Shown: positions 1 to 11,727 of the stretch, piece by piece
Layout: the number at the start of each line of letters is the position of its first letter
Numbering within the stretch: the stretch's first letter is position 1
Assembly (NCBI GenBank): GCA_002104905.1
Contig: MCFE01000215.1
Location: 1 to 64,000, forward strand
Reading direction: 5' to 3'
Source of the DNA: Basidiobolus meristosporus CBS 931.73
Lineage: Eukaryota > Fungi > Basidiobolomycota
DNA length: 64,000 nt
The notes under the pieces: model-generated
Told to the model about the DNA's origin: nothing
The model's input: only the letters and a program-made list of their open reading frames with translations
The model's database searches: none
Program-made: the position numbers and the translations under genes

Positions 1-1140
1 ATTACCAGAGTCGTAAGCACCAGCTCCGTTGCCACTGTTCTCATCGCCTCTATTACCATTGCCATCTCCATTTCCATTACCGCCGTTGCCGTTTCCAGAG
101 TCGTAAGCACCGGCTCCATTACCACCGTTGCCATTGCCGTTACCGCCGTTTCCGTTACCACCATTGCCAGAGCCATATGCACCGGCTCCATTGCCTCCAT
201 TACCATTGCCATCTCCATTTCCTCCATTTCCATTACCGCCGTTACCGTTTCCAGAGTCGTAAGCACCGGTCCCGTTACCACCGTTGCCACTGCCATCACC
301 ATTGCCTCCATTGCCGTTACCACCATTTCCATTTCCACCATTACCAGAGTCGTAAGCACCAGCTCCGTTACCACCGTTCCCATCGCCTCCATTACCATTG
401 CCATCTCCATTTCCGTTACCGCCGTTGCCGTTTCCAGAGTCGTAAGCACCGGCTCCGTTACCACCGTTGCCATTACCATCACCATTGCCTCCATTGCCGT
501 TACCGCCGTTTCCGTTTCCACCATTGCCAGAGCCATATGCACCGGCTCCATTGCCTCCATTACTATTGTCATCTCCATCTCCTCCATTTCCATTACCGCC
601 GTTGCCGTTTCCAGAGTCGTAAGCACCGGCTCCGTTACCACCGTTGCCATTACCATCACCATTGCCTCCATTGCCGTTACCGCCGTTTCCGTTTCCACCA
701 TTGCCAGAGCCATATGCACCGGCTTCATTGCCTCCATTACTATTGTCATCTCCATCTCCTCCATTTCCATTACCGCCGTTGCCGTTTCCAGAGTCGTAAG
801 CACCGGCTCCGTTACCACCGTTGCCACTGCCATCACCATTGCCTCCATTGCCGTTACCGCCGCCTCCGTTATCACCATTTCCAGGGCCATAGGCACCGGC
901 CCCGTTGCCACTGCCATCACCATTGCCTCCATTTCCGTTTTCACCATTGCCAGAGTCATATGCACCGCCTCCGTTGCCACCGTTTCCATTGCCATCTCCG
1001 TTTCCTCTATTTCCATTACCGCCGTTGCCGTTTCCAGAGTCGTAAGCACCGGCCCCATTACCACCGTTGCCACTGCCATCACCATTGCCGTTACCGCCAC
1101 TTCCGTTATCAACATTTCCGGGGCCATAAGCGCCAGCTCC
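1..1140 (-). repeat. Coding tandem repeat array with a 177-bp higher-order unit
   Basis: GCCGTTTCCAGAGTCGTAAGCACCGGCTCC recurs at 427, 604 and 781 (period 177 bp = 59 aa). Shorter 3/9-nt GN subunits lie between the motifs. Confidence 0.9.
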
Positions 1141-1290
1141 GCTACCACCACTTTCATTCCCTCCGTCGAATAGATCGGTCACGTCGTAAGTTCCACCACT
1201 TCTTGCCTGTAGTCTTCTATCGAAAGCTGCGGCGTTGATTGCAGCCAAACCAGAGAGGAAGCACAAGAATCTGGGTGCGGAGAATTTCAT
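1..1290 (-). CDS. Secreted Gly/Asn-rich repeat protein (3'-partial, runs off the window edge)
   Basis: Manual minus-strand translation from ATG at 1290: MKFSAPRFLCFLSGLAAINAAAFDRRLQARSGGTYDVTDLFDGGNESGGSGAGAYGPGN..., then open to base 1 (430 codons). It has a signal-peptide-like N-terminus, a dibasic RR site, and about 14 GAGAY[DG][SP]G-type motifs separated by GN/GGN/GD runs. It is absent from the ORF track because it has no stop in the window. Confidence 0.88.
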   Translation of the reverse strand, partial: MKFSAPRFLCFLSGLAAINAAAFDRRLQARSGGTYDVTDLFDGGNESGGSGAGAYGPGNVDNGSGGNGNGDGSGNGGNGAGAYDSGNGNGGNGNRGNGDGNGNGGNGGGAYDSGNGENGNGGNGDGSGNGAGAYGPGNGDNGGGGNGNGGNGDGSGNGGNGAGAYDSGNGNGGNGNGGDGDDNSNGGNEAGAYGSGNGGNGNGGNGNGGNGDGNGNGGNGAGAYDSGNGNGGNGNGGDGDDNSNGGNGAGAYGSGNGGNGNGGNGNGGNGDGNGNGGNGAGAYDSGNGNGGNGNGDGNGNGGDGNGGNGAGAYDSGNGGNGNGGNGNGGNGDGSGNGGNGTGAYDSGNGNGGNGNGGNGDGNGNGGNGAGAYGSGNGGNGNGGNGNGNGGNGAGAYDSGNGNGGNGNGDGNGNRGDENSGNGAGAYDSGN

Positions 1291-2509
1291 TTTGTTGTTG
1301 AGAGAGATATGCTGCCAAGTGAGTGTCTTGATCAATTTATACTCACTTCGGAGGAAAGTATGGGGTACCCCACACCCTCCCTTACTGCTCCTTTTTCACT
1401 CCAGCGGTGTCTCAGTAAGCCAAGGCACATCTTGATGAATATGAAATCTGTCTATTGTGTGGACTCAACCTTATTCCCCCGCATTCTTCATACCTGCCTC
1501 CATGTACTTAGATGCATATTTCCCATTGTAACATGCTGCAGCAAATCTTCCGTTGACAGAAAGAAATCCCGCACGTGACCAATCTCAATACACACCCTAC
1601 CTAGATGGAGTGAAGTAGGAAAGGAACAGTTGTCCAACCGCATGTGCCACTGCTTGTTGTTAGGTTTGTTTACAAGGATCTTCTCGGCGAGTAAATATCG
1701 TATTATGTGTGATCCTTCTGCCATCAAAACTCAAACTCCACCGACACCCATTCAGCACACAACATAGAACACTCGCAAAGCAGCCTCATACAAAATCAAG
1801 CTCACCTCTCCCTCACCACTTGGATCACGTAACTACTAACAACAGCCCAAACCAGAAACTACAATCGGATTTCCCCTCAAGTAAGGGAAACCAGCTGTTT
1901 AAGAGCGTGATACATGTTTCAGGGTTAAATCATTTGCCTATTTTCAAGCCAAGAAGAGGTGCTCTCCTTCGTACGTTATCTTGATGAACACGTGTACTTA
2001 TACAAGGTGACGGTTGCTACCAGAGAGGACTCAATTCTAATTAACTGTGCCTGGAGGTTTGAAAGGTGGGAAGATGCTGGACACCATTCAAAATGTGGCG
2101 CCATCATTCAGACGATCCACGAGCTTGCTACCTCAAGAATGATTAACCAAATCTGGGAATTCTTTTGGCATGCAAAACGACTCGCTGGTCAACATTATTT
2201 ACTCAGATCTAGGGGCATTTTCAAGGAGCAATGCTTCGAGTGCTGACGTTCCTGGTGGTCGTCGATGGAGTGTACGCTTGGTCTTCATTTCTGTACTATG
2301 CATTCGCCACTTGCCCGATGGTAGGGATGCATAAGACCATGGTTCAACATACGCTAATCGATTTCCTAGAATATGTTACATAAACGTCACCACTTGACTA
2401 TTTCGTGTCGCTTCCATCGAACCAGATTGATCGGAACAAGGAGCATTTAATTCATGTATACGTGTATCAACATCATCAAATGACAAATAAAGGGGAGATG
2501 GTGGAGAGG

Positions 2510-2907
2510 CTACTGCACACTGTCTAGGATGTTGTCGGTCATGTCTCTGATCACCTTGAAGCTGATGGCGTACGAATAGAACTTGAACTTGAAGACGAAC
2601 TCCAGTGCAGCGTGCGCAGCCAGGATAAAGAGAATCAGCAGCTTGGGGAAGAATCTTTCCGACCGGGAGATCACCTTTTCATGCTTTGGCACATGAAAAA
2701 CCCCCGGAATAGATGGGTTATGGGTTTCAAACCCGGCAAGGCCAGGAAGGCCGTACAAACTTACCGGAAGTTCCAAACCCAGCACCCACTAGCAACCATC
2801 TCACGACTTCATTGGGGAGGATACAGACTACCTAGAGTTGGTGTTAGGCAGGCACTGTGTTTCCGGAATGAAGAGTCCTCTTACCAAGATGGGGATCCAG
2901 ATGGAAT
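2510..2907 (-). pseudogene. 3' remnant of a Yip1-domain (YIPF1/2, Yip5-like) membrane-trafficking gene
   Basis: Exons 2907-2885 (SIWIPIL), 2831-2765 (VVCILPNEVVRWLLVGAGFGTS) and about 2702-2510 (GFFMCQSM, then a 1-nt frameshift, KVISRSERFFPKLLILFILAAHAALEFVFKFKFYSY...). Intron 2884-2832 is GTAAG..CTAAC..TAG. The last acceptor lacks AG. The 5' part is replaced by Copia gag sequence at 2908. Confidence 0.65.
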
Positions 2908-3105
2908 GAGCCTTCCATATACATTATTTAAGGTCAAATCTTCAGTTCTAGACTCTAGGCCTAATACAAGGCCCCAAAACTTGTCTGCCAGGCTATTCAG
3001 GAGGGTAACTATCACATCCTGTTAATTAAATTTTTCATTTCTTCCCCTGGGAGTATCTTTGTAGTAAAGAATTTTCATCCAAGATGCATTTTCTTAGCAG
3101 CTGAC
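2908..3105 (-). mobile_element. Copia gag fragment with internal deletion
   Basis: Reverse complement matches gag of the intact element (about 57695-57950; DVIVTLLNSLADKF..LESRTEDLTLNNVYGRL), with about 60 bp missing. Confidence 0.8.
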
Positions 3106-3150
3106 TGCCTTGCATAGCCCTACTCTCCTGCCTTGGGTCTATTCATAACA

Positions 3151-4753
3151 AGGAGAACTTAGTTACTACTTAGGGATTAACTTCTCCATAGACAGAAGTA
3201 CCCAGACTATCACCCTAAGTCAGTCCAAGTATATTCAAGATATACTAAAGAAGTACCAAATGGAAGACTGTAAACCAGCAGCTATCCCAATGGAGACAAA
3301 CCTTAACTTGGTCAAAACTCAACCAAATCAAGAGAGCTTGGTGCCATCTGAAAGCCCTGACTTTCCTTATCAATCTATGGTCGGCAGTCTGATGTATATC
3401 ATGCTTGGAACACGTCCAGATATCTCATATTCAGTGGGAGTTGTCAGCCAACATAATCAGAACTATGGATCTGATCATATTACAGCAGTTGAGTGGATTT
3501 TTAGATACCTAAAAGGAACTGCTGATATCTGCTTAATATACACTTATAAGGACTCAGAAAAGAATCTTGTGGGATACTCTGATGCTGATTGGGGACAAAA
3601 TTTAGAAGACAGAAAATCCACCACAGGATACCCCTTTCTTTACTGTAAAGGAGCAATTTCATGGAATTCAAGAAAGCAACCAACTGTAGCACTTTCTACT
3701 ACAGAGGCAGAGTATATGGTAGCCTGTGAAGCTACAAAAGAAGCAATGTGGCTAAGAAATCTTTTTACAGACTTAGGCCTATGTCAAAAAACACCTATTA
3801 CTTTATTTCAAGATAATCAAGGATGTATACAATTAGGTAGAAATCCAACTTTTCATGCTAGAACCAAGCACATAGATATTAGACATCATTTCATACAAGA
3901 AGCTATAGAGAATAACTTAGTTAGCTTAGTTTACTGTCCTACAGATGAAATGATTGCAGACATATTTACCAAACCATTAGCTAGAGACAAGTTTGAATAT
4001 TTTAGGTCAAAATTAGGACTAGTCAGTATGAACATTTAGCTGAGTGGAAGTGTTGTAAAAACTTGTAATTCCACCTAAATATTCACCTAACTTAGTCACT
4101 TAGATCATCACCTTCAAATCCTAGAGAATACTGACCAAATTCCTTGTCGGGACTTACTTAGAATATTCTCACCAAAATACCAGGTACCCAGAACATGAAA
4201 ATTCTCAGAGTTGTCCAAACAGCCCCAAACTTTGCACGCATGTTCTTTGTGTTGCAATATTCTGAGGAGTATTGGAAGTGATGTGGAGAACTAGAGGATT
4301 TACATGTTATTCACTTGTAGATTTATTGATCAAAAGTATGGTATTTATACTTTTGATAAAGTAGAGGAAACAAACGTGTAGAGTTTGTTAAGGAAGGCCC
4401 CAAGAATATGTGTGCAAAGTTTGGGGTCTTTTGGACGACTTTGAGAAAAATAATAATCTGGGTACCTGACATTTTGGTGAAAATATTCTAAGTAAATCCC
4501 AACAAGAAATCTAGTCAGGACAGTATGCTAATCACAGAATAAGATCTATGTGACTAAGTTAGCATGAATATTTAGGTGACAATTCAATAATTACAACACT
4601 TTGGACCTTCCTTAACCTATTCTACGTGTTTGTAATGCCAAGACCAGGTAAAAGTATAAATACTACTTTTACATTCAATAAATCAGTAAGTGAAAACCAC
4701 AAAATCTAATTGTTCTCCCAATCACTTCCAATATCTCTAAGACTCTTACAACA
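3151..4753 (+). mobile_element. 5'-truncated Copia element: RT end/RNase H (3151-4039), PPT (4041-4050), 3' LTR (4051-4753, interrupted)
   Basis: Near-identical to 60451-61699. RNase H motifs GYSDADW, TEAEY, QDNQG, IADIFTK. LTR starts TGTTGTAA and ends TTACAACA. Confidence 0.95.
4250..4598 (-). mobile_element. Solo LTR (diverged member of the same LTR family) inserted in the 3' LTR above
   Basis: 349 bp, TGTTG..CAACA ends, perfect 5-bp TSD CTTTG at 4245-4249 and 4599-4603. Confidence 0.92.
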
Positions 4754-5404
4754 TAATCAAGGCCTGGAAGAGAACACACCACACTACACCTGGCTCCTGC
4801 TAGAGAACAATACTTGGAGATCCTGAAGTCAAGAAGTTTGCTCAATTTATTCTGCAGTCAGAAAAACCCAAGCTGGCCTACCTGAAGTACTTGACAGACC
4901 TTGGGCAGCAATATCTGAAGCAGCACACTCCCTTTATGATGAACATTAATCCTTATCATATTCCCCTCATTAATGTTGTTCACAAGTCATTCTTACCTCT
5001 CTTGCTACCCCCCTTCCCACTGAACAGTGTCTTGAGCACTGAAGAACTATCATCACTTCTTGTAAACTTGCCTACAAATTCCCCTCAGCTACACATTCTT
5101 GTATCAAAGCTACAATAGTAGTGCTGGCTTCTTTGTTTCAACTGAAATAAAGATTTCACCTGTTGGTGACTGTCTCCACCCTAACCAACTTAATAATTAC
5201 ATCATTTACTTCACTCTCCTATGAGCCTGAACTCTGGTGTACTCTGGGATACTACCTTAACTTTAGCTATGATTTATTGATTTTCAACATTGTGCTCATT
5301 AAGTAAATCTGCATTTTTAGCTAGCTTTTTTATTTGTAGTTAGACTTATCCAAAATCAAATAGAGATTTCACCTGCCTTGATGACTTCCACTCTCCCAAA
5401 GCTG

Positions 5405-5609
5405 GAAGGTCCCAAGAGCATATGTGCAAAGTTTGAGGTTGCTTCAATATTCTATTAAAATATTGTGAGCTGGGCATCTGATATTTTGGTGATAATATTC
5501 CAAGTAGATCCCAACAAGAAATCTGGTCAAAATTCCTTAAGATTTGTAGGTAATGATCCAAGTAACTAAGTTAGGGGAATATTTAGATGTAAATACTAAG
5601 TCTACAACA
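5405..5609 (-). mobile_element. Partial degenerate LTR
   Basis: Aligns by eye to the reverse complement of the first ~200 bp of the Copia LTR (GGAAGGTCCCAAGA..GTGCAAAGTTT..CTAAGTTAGG..CTACAACA). Confidence 0.8.
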
Positions 5610-6695
5610 AATACCTCTCTATTTTCACCTCACCCACAAGAACTTAAGCTTTATATCTTGGGTAATATTGCACTGAATCATTTTGAGTCACATAACTTAC
5701 TTAAGAGATTCAAAAACTCATTGCTGGCTTCTGTATTTCTCAACTATAGAAATTTGGGCCTATCAGGTAAAATAAAGATTTCTCAATAATGGTGACTCTC
5801 CACCTGTTTGGATTCTTCCTTAATGTATTTTCGCACTTTTGAAAGATAAGCAAACCTTCACAACCAACATATTATTGCGTTATAATTACATAATCTACTA
5901 GAAATATATCCCCCCCGAAATCCCCATAATATCATATGCCTTATAAACTTGAAGATTATAATGAAAATACTATAATCCCAGAAAGTCGTGTGTCAGAATG
6001 GTGGCCCATTGAACGCGTTGGGAGCTTATGGAGTTTTGTATAATTCGAAATATTTGGAGAATATTGTACCAAATCAAGTCGAATTCCATCTAAATCAATT
6101 TCAAGTGAAGAATGCCGCGTCTCGAAGTATGTGAATAATTCGCTGATATGCTAATTGTGTGAAACACGAATACTGTTTTAAATGTTTATTTACTACGGGT
6201 ATGCAAATATCCAGCTGGCTGGTATATTTTGTAGTTAGTTTTATACTAAATTCCAAATGAAGAGCTTACCAATCTTGATGACCTTCTCTCCGCTAACCAT
6301 ACATAGGTTAATCGATGACACTTCTGGCCATCGACATAACCTATAGGCTGGTGAAGCATGTATATCAAAATACTTTTTCGTTGTTGATACGAAAGCCACA
6401 ATTAGCAGAGCTGGAATCGGAGCTATACCTTTCATATTAAGATAGATGTGCTATATATGGGACGTTCGAAACATCCATATAGAGAAAGATACGATTTCGA
6501 TCTCCGCCTATAACCTAGCCCAATTCATTACCGAGACGGGATGCAGATTTTTATCCATAATGACCGTTCGGGAAATCAAATAGCAGGCCGTCCGGGACCA
6601 GAAACAAATAAAAATGAACGTTCAGCCCGCTTCATTTCCAACAAGTACAAGTTTTTCTAAGGCTTTAGACAAACTAACCCACTACCGTCTCCATA

Positions 6696-8194
6696 ATGTC
6701 TGAGGAAAACCGCAGAGCTAACGACTCGAGGGATATCGGGTATCCGCCATTTGCCATTTTTTGCACCTTGGTGGCTTGCATTGTAATGTTCTCCAGTGGT
6801 TTCACGACTTCCTCTACCAATATCAGTAAGTGAACTGAGCTGCAGTCTTGTCTGTGCGTTTTATTCATTATTCCTTTTGATTTCCAGCTTCCGACTCCAT
6901 TCTTAATTGTCCTGAAAACAACATGAAGTTGGATGGAAGATTCCCCCACTGTTTCAAAATGGGCAGTTGGTTGTGGGGTTTTGCCGTCGGTAATGCCGCT
7001 CTTGGTGGTATTTTCGGATGCATGTTGGCCGGCTACACTCAAGAGAAGTATGGTCGTCGCCTTTCTATGGTTGGAAACAATTTCTTCTTCGTCTTGGGTG
7101 GTCTTTTGATGGGCTTGTCCATCAACCCTGGAATGTGGATTTGCGGTCGTTTCTTGATTGGTTTCGCTTGCGGTCATGGTGCCGTCATCTTGCCCACTTA
7201 CATCGGTGAGGTCGCTCCCATCAAGACTCGTGGTACTTTCGGTACTTGCAATCAGTTCAACACTGTCATTGGTATCCTTGTGGTTGAATGCATGAGTTTG
7301 GGTATGGCCACCTCGGTCGGATGGAGAGTCTTGGTTGCCCTCGTTGGTGCCTTCGGTCTTGTTCAAGCCATTCTTATGCCCATGTGCGTCGAGACTCCTC
7401 GTTACCTTGTGTCCATGGGTAGAAACGATGAGGCCAAGGTCTCTTTGCAGAAGTTGAGAGGCAACTACGACATTGAAATTGAATTCGAAGAGATTCTTCA
7501 AGCTCGTGAGGCTGCCAAGATGCTCCCCAAGAACCTCAGCGTTGTTGAGATTATCAAGGACAAGCATTGCACTATTCCCTTCATTATTTGCCTCGGCCTT
7601 GGTGCTCTCCAGCAATGGTCCGGTATTAACGGTATTATGTACTACTGTACCTCAATTTTCGGTGAAATCTACCACGACAACGCCAAATACGTTACCGTCG
7701 GACTTATGGGTCTCAACGTTTTCATGACCATTGTTTCCGTCGTCCTCGTCGATCGCTCTGGTAGAAAGTTCCTTCTCCTTCTCTCCAGTGGTGGTTCCGC
7801 CATTTTCAACATTCTCATGTGCGTTGGTCTTCAAGTCAACAACCATGGTTTGACTGTTGCCTCTATCTTCATCTTCGTTGCCTTCTTCGCCGTCGGCCTT
7901 GGTCCAGTTCCTTTCCTCATCATGACTGAGTTGATGCCTACCAACGCCGTTTCCGGTACCACCAGTACTGCCCTCGCCATCAACTGGCTCTCCAACTTCG
8001 TCATTGGTCTCATTTTCCCTGCTGTTTCTGAAGCCATCAACGGATACATCTTCTTGATTTTCGCCGGCTGCTGCGCCGCCGGATTCTTTGGAATTCTCTT
8101 CTTCGTCAGAGAAACCAAGGGCAAGAGTATCGAGGAATTGACCTCCAGAAACAGAGGCGGCGAGGAGTTGAATGACCCTAAGAGAAAGAACTAG
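6696..8194 (+). CDS. MFS sugar porter (GLUT/HXT-like hexose transporter)
   Basis: Sugar-porter motifs YGRR, YIGEVAP..RG, ETPRYL, QQWSGIN, DRSGRK, GLGPVP, ETKGKSIEE. Exon 1 is 6696-6825; intron 6826-6887 (GTAAGT..CAG) joins in frame to the 6923 ORF. Confidence 0.93.
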
Positions 8195-10464
8195 ATCTCC
8201 TGATACATTGAATTAATATTGTTTAGATGTAACCCATTATGTGATTTCCGAATCCTAATATGTATAATTGCTTTGGTGATTTTAGAATAATGAGTCGAAA
8301 TAAAATCAATTTTGTAGATTAAGAAGTGTGCGAGCATATCAGTGAGCATTTCAATGGTGTTAAAGACTAATACATCGCAGGGAATGTCGATTATCTCCAT
8401 TGCACTCAATATGGAAATCTGTCGATCTAGCCGTTTTCCCAACATGGAGCCCTTGGCATTAGGAATCGTTTGAAATTAGCATAATGTCTCAGTAAGCCCC
8501 ACCAATACTGATCGATTCTGGCCGATTCATACAAACATGGGCTGTTACTTACTTGGCCTATTTCGTCCATCCAATATGCTCCTGAGTATCAGCTGCACCA
8601 TATAGGCAGTAAAACAAACAACCTTTTTAAGGAATTTCGATAACATCCCGTTAGGCTCTACAGAGGTCCCAATCCATCCAAACATGAGCTAAAAGTGACT
8701 TCGGGGTTTCTAATTGAGTCTATAATAGGTCTTTATCGGGATCAATATGTAAGCAAGCTTTACGTATATGGTGCTGTCAAGAATGGTATATCTTCTCAAG
8801 CGTCCAAGTAAATTACTTGATGTAGATATTTATCAGACAAGACCAATAGAGAGATGAGAAACAATCTTTAATTCGGGATTTGTGTTATCCATGCACAAAT
8901 ATCTTGACCAGCAATATAAGAAATCAGAAGTTAAAATTCATCTCTACACACAGGAGTTCTGCTATATATAGACAGCGCTGGATTTGCTGTATGGACAAAT
9001 CAAGTGATGCTTAAATAGTCTGCACTTGTTTCAGTGGCCACTAGTACTTGCATACAAATACGTACCAATCGCAACCTCGACTAATCACTGACTAATCACT
9101 TGGGACATTAGCGTTTGGTGCAGTATCATGCTAGCACCAAATGATAGCGGTGCACTCTTTAAACTCTGATCCTATTCTTCGGGATTGTACGAGTCGATAG
9201 GATTGGAGGATTTGTCAGCGGAATGCCGAGAAAGAGGGAACAAAATATGCAGATGGACATAGTTATTCCAGATCAGGCTTCTTTCCATCAGAACTACCGA
9301 TTCTTCCAAACGCGTTAGCTACTTGATTGTGGCGTATTCTCTTTTTCAAGCGCAAGATTGTATATTCTGCTAAAGTTTGTTATCGACTGCCCAAAGTAGA
9401 ATCGGAGTGGTACTAAGGGGTAGTAAGCACAAGAGCTGGAGCCCAGTCATACAATGAAAATGGGCATCAACCACTCCATTGATTTGTCGCTCATTTGACT
9501 ATTCGTAGATTGAACCTGTACCCTTTTGGTTCGGTACTCGCTTTGAGAATCTACTGCAGCCTATCAATTTCCAGTCGATCGATACGGGTACAATTAAGCT
9601 AATGTAGGACAGCTTAGGTGGTTGGATTCCTTATAGGTGCAACTGGGAGAGCTCGGTAAATGATCAAGCCATATCCAAGAAATATTCACTACATGGTAAG
9701 TGACTGAAGAAATAAATAATTGGCAAATAAGTTTTCGTAGGGTCAGGAAGCGGACGGGGACACATTACTTGGTATTACACCAGCTAAACACCAAGTGCAT
9801 GTAGTCTAGATCTCGGAAATAGTGCTCAAATTGGCTGTTTTCTACACGAGCTACATGCTGAAAACAATTAGCATATCCCTTAATTAAGAATTATTCTATT
9901 GGTAAGTCCGATTTTGGCTGAAAGTTAGTTTCCGATCCGAACAAATCAAAGTTTATCCAGAGTTTCGAGGCCGAGCGTAAGAACATGCCTATATTGGCTT
10001 ATCTTTCGCTACTCAGATGATCAAGAGAACAAGCAAGCAATTGGTTGTGGGGTATATCATTATAGTGCCGGATATTTGGTTCGGGGACAATGCGGTGATT
10101 TACGATCACTTCGATTCGATAGGATTTGCCCAATATTCTTCACACATGATAGAGTAACAGTCTGGTATCATACTTCTATTCTCCGTTCACGTCTTGTGCT
10201 TCACTCTTCCCTTCACATTACTATCCTCATACAAGTTTTCTGGGGATGCTCTTCTCTTTCGAACCCTCATTTTCAGATGTTTGGCTCCTCAAAATATTGT
10301 TTAAACCAACAATTGTGGAGATGTTGTGAAGGTAGTAGTAATTAACCAAATACAGTGTTTCTATCCTCCTCCCCATTTGATCTGGTGTATTTCGGCCACA
10401 CACAATTAACCATATATTTAGATATAGTGCTAATGGACTTCAGATTTTTAGTGACTTCAAGTAT

Positions 10465-10495
<31 letters not shown>
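10465..10495. repeat. (TAC)n microsatellite, about 10 units
   Basis: Directly visible. Confidence 0.95.
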
Positions 10496-10497
<2 letters not shown>

Positions 10498-11041
10498 GAG
10501 TTAGCTGAACCATAACTAAAAGGCTCCATTATTAGTACAAATATCCCTAGGATACTTCTCAACGTAGTTTAACTTTGTTTCTACAAAGTTTACATATAGT
10601 CCTTTTTTCAACTTAATATATCTACATAGAAAAATGCACAGCGTTCAAGTACTCCATATAACTTCTGGGCTACCACAAATACTTTCAATTTAATATGATC
10701 CTCTATATGCCCAGCTTTCTTTTGCCTGACCTTGCCATCACTATTGAGTTGCCCAATACAGATTATGATCAAGGTTTATTTACTATTGATCAAATACCCC
10801 ATCAGGACCTTTGATTACTGCCATGATCTACTCTCTAAGCGGATTCTGAGCTTTGAGATGCTTCTTTCATCAGCAACTGCTTTGTCTTGGCCATCAAACC
10901 TGAAAGCCCTTACATTCAGATATTCAAGCCCTTGATCAGTACTCAGAGATTTACCCACCGTATGGAGCAGAAACTTAGAATTACAACTTCCTAGGTCCAA
11001 TTTAACATTATTCTTAAGAGAAACATTAAAAATGGCAAATT

Positions 11042-11387
11042 TGCTGTAAAGTTTTGGAGTTGCTGAAAGTGATAGGGAGAATAAGTTCATTGGGTGGTTT
11101 TGACTTAAAGACCTAATAAATGTAAAGCAGTATTGATACTTTTGCATGGTCCTGACAGACAGACATGTAGAGTATATTTAGGAAAGGTCTCAAGAGCATT
11201 TGGGCAGGGTCAGGGGCTGATGGGACAACTTTTTGATTTTCATATTTCTGGGTACCTAATGTTCTGGTGAAAATGATTCAAGTAAATCCCTCCAAAGATT
11301 TTTTGCCAGAATTCTCTAAAATATGTAGACAGTGCTCTACATGACTAAGTTGAGTGAGTGTTTAGGTGTAATTACAAATTTATAACA
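11042..11387 (-). mobile_element. Old solo LTR of the Copia family
   Basis: 346 bp, degenerate ends TGCTGTAA..TATAACA, aligns to the reverse complement of the LTR. Flanks AAATT/AAATG are a 4/5 TSD match. Confidence 0.82.
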
Positions 11388-11727
11388 AAATGAAAATGTG
11401 TCCCCAAACAATCTTCAAATATTAATATTATACCATCATGGGAGGCATAACTTTGAAGTTAATATGGGGCAAGTCAATATATGATCTATTTTGTTCAATA
11501 CCAATATTTGCAGCATCATCTCTAACATCAGTTATGAAATGCAAGGTATATTCATAGTTAATAGAATGGAGGAAATCTTCATGCTGAGCCTTATAAGGTA
11601 AGATAATAATAATATCCATTTAGGCTGGTTTTGCAAACATCAATTTAACAGCCAAGTTTCTGGTGAAGGTATTGATTTTATTTATGACAATGATGTACAA
11701 AATGATTAATATACATGTCAGTCAATT

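Noticed and set aside
1-1140. Repeat array as a CRISPR or a Kex2-processed RiPP precursor
   Set aside because: No unique spacers, and no KR/RR sites between the repeats.
177-1238. 353-aa His/Cys/Arg-rich ORF on the plus strand (looks like a metal-binding protein)
   Set aside because: Antisense shadow of the Gly/Asn repeat gene. The minus frame has a proper ATG, a signal peptide and wobble-position variation.
1500-2450. Possible LINE remnant (IWEFFW..CFEC resembles zf-RVT)
   Set aside because: Only a single weak motif; no RT or endonuclease motifs recovered by hand. Needs TBLASTN/RepeatMasker.
4754-5400. CpG-poor stretch with short protein-like frames
   Set aside because: Could not be assigned to any gene or transposon family.
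6674-7615. Long antisense ORFs here and at 17937-19160, 42948-44000, 45024-45860
   Set aside because: Shadows of highly codon-biased genes on the opposite strand.
8450-10400. 2-kb region with scattered GTAAG donor-like sites
   Set aside because: No consistent spliced reading frame could be assembled.
10500-11640. Possible LINE RT or LRR relic flanking the solo LTR
   Set aside because: Candidate motifs fall in inconsistent frames and order; only CpG depletion supports a repeat origin.
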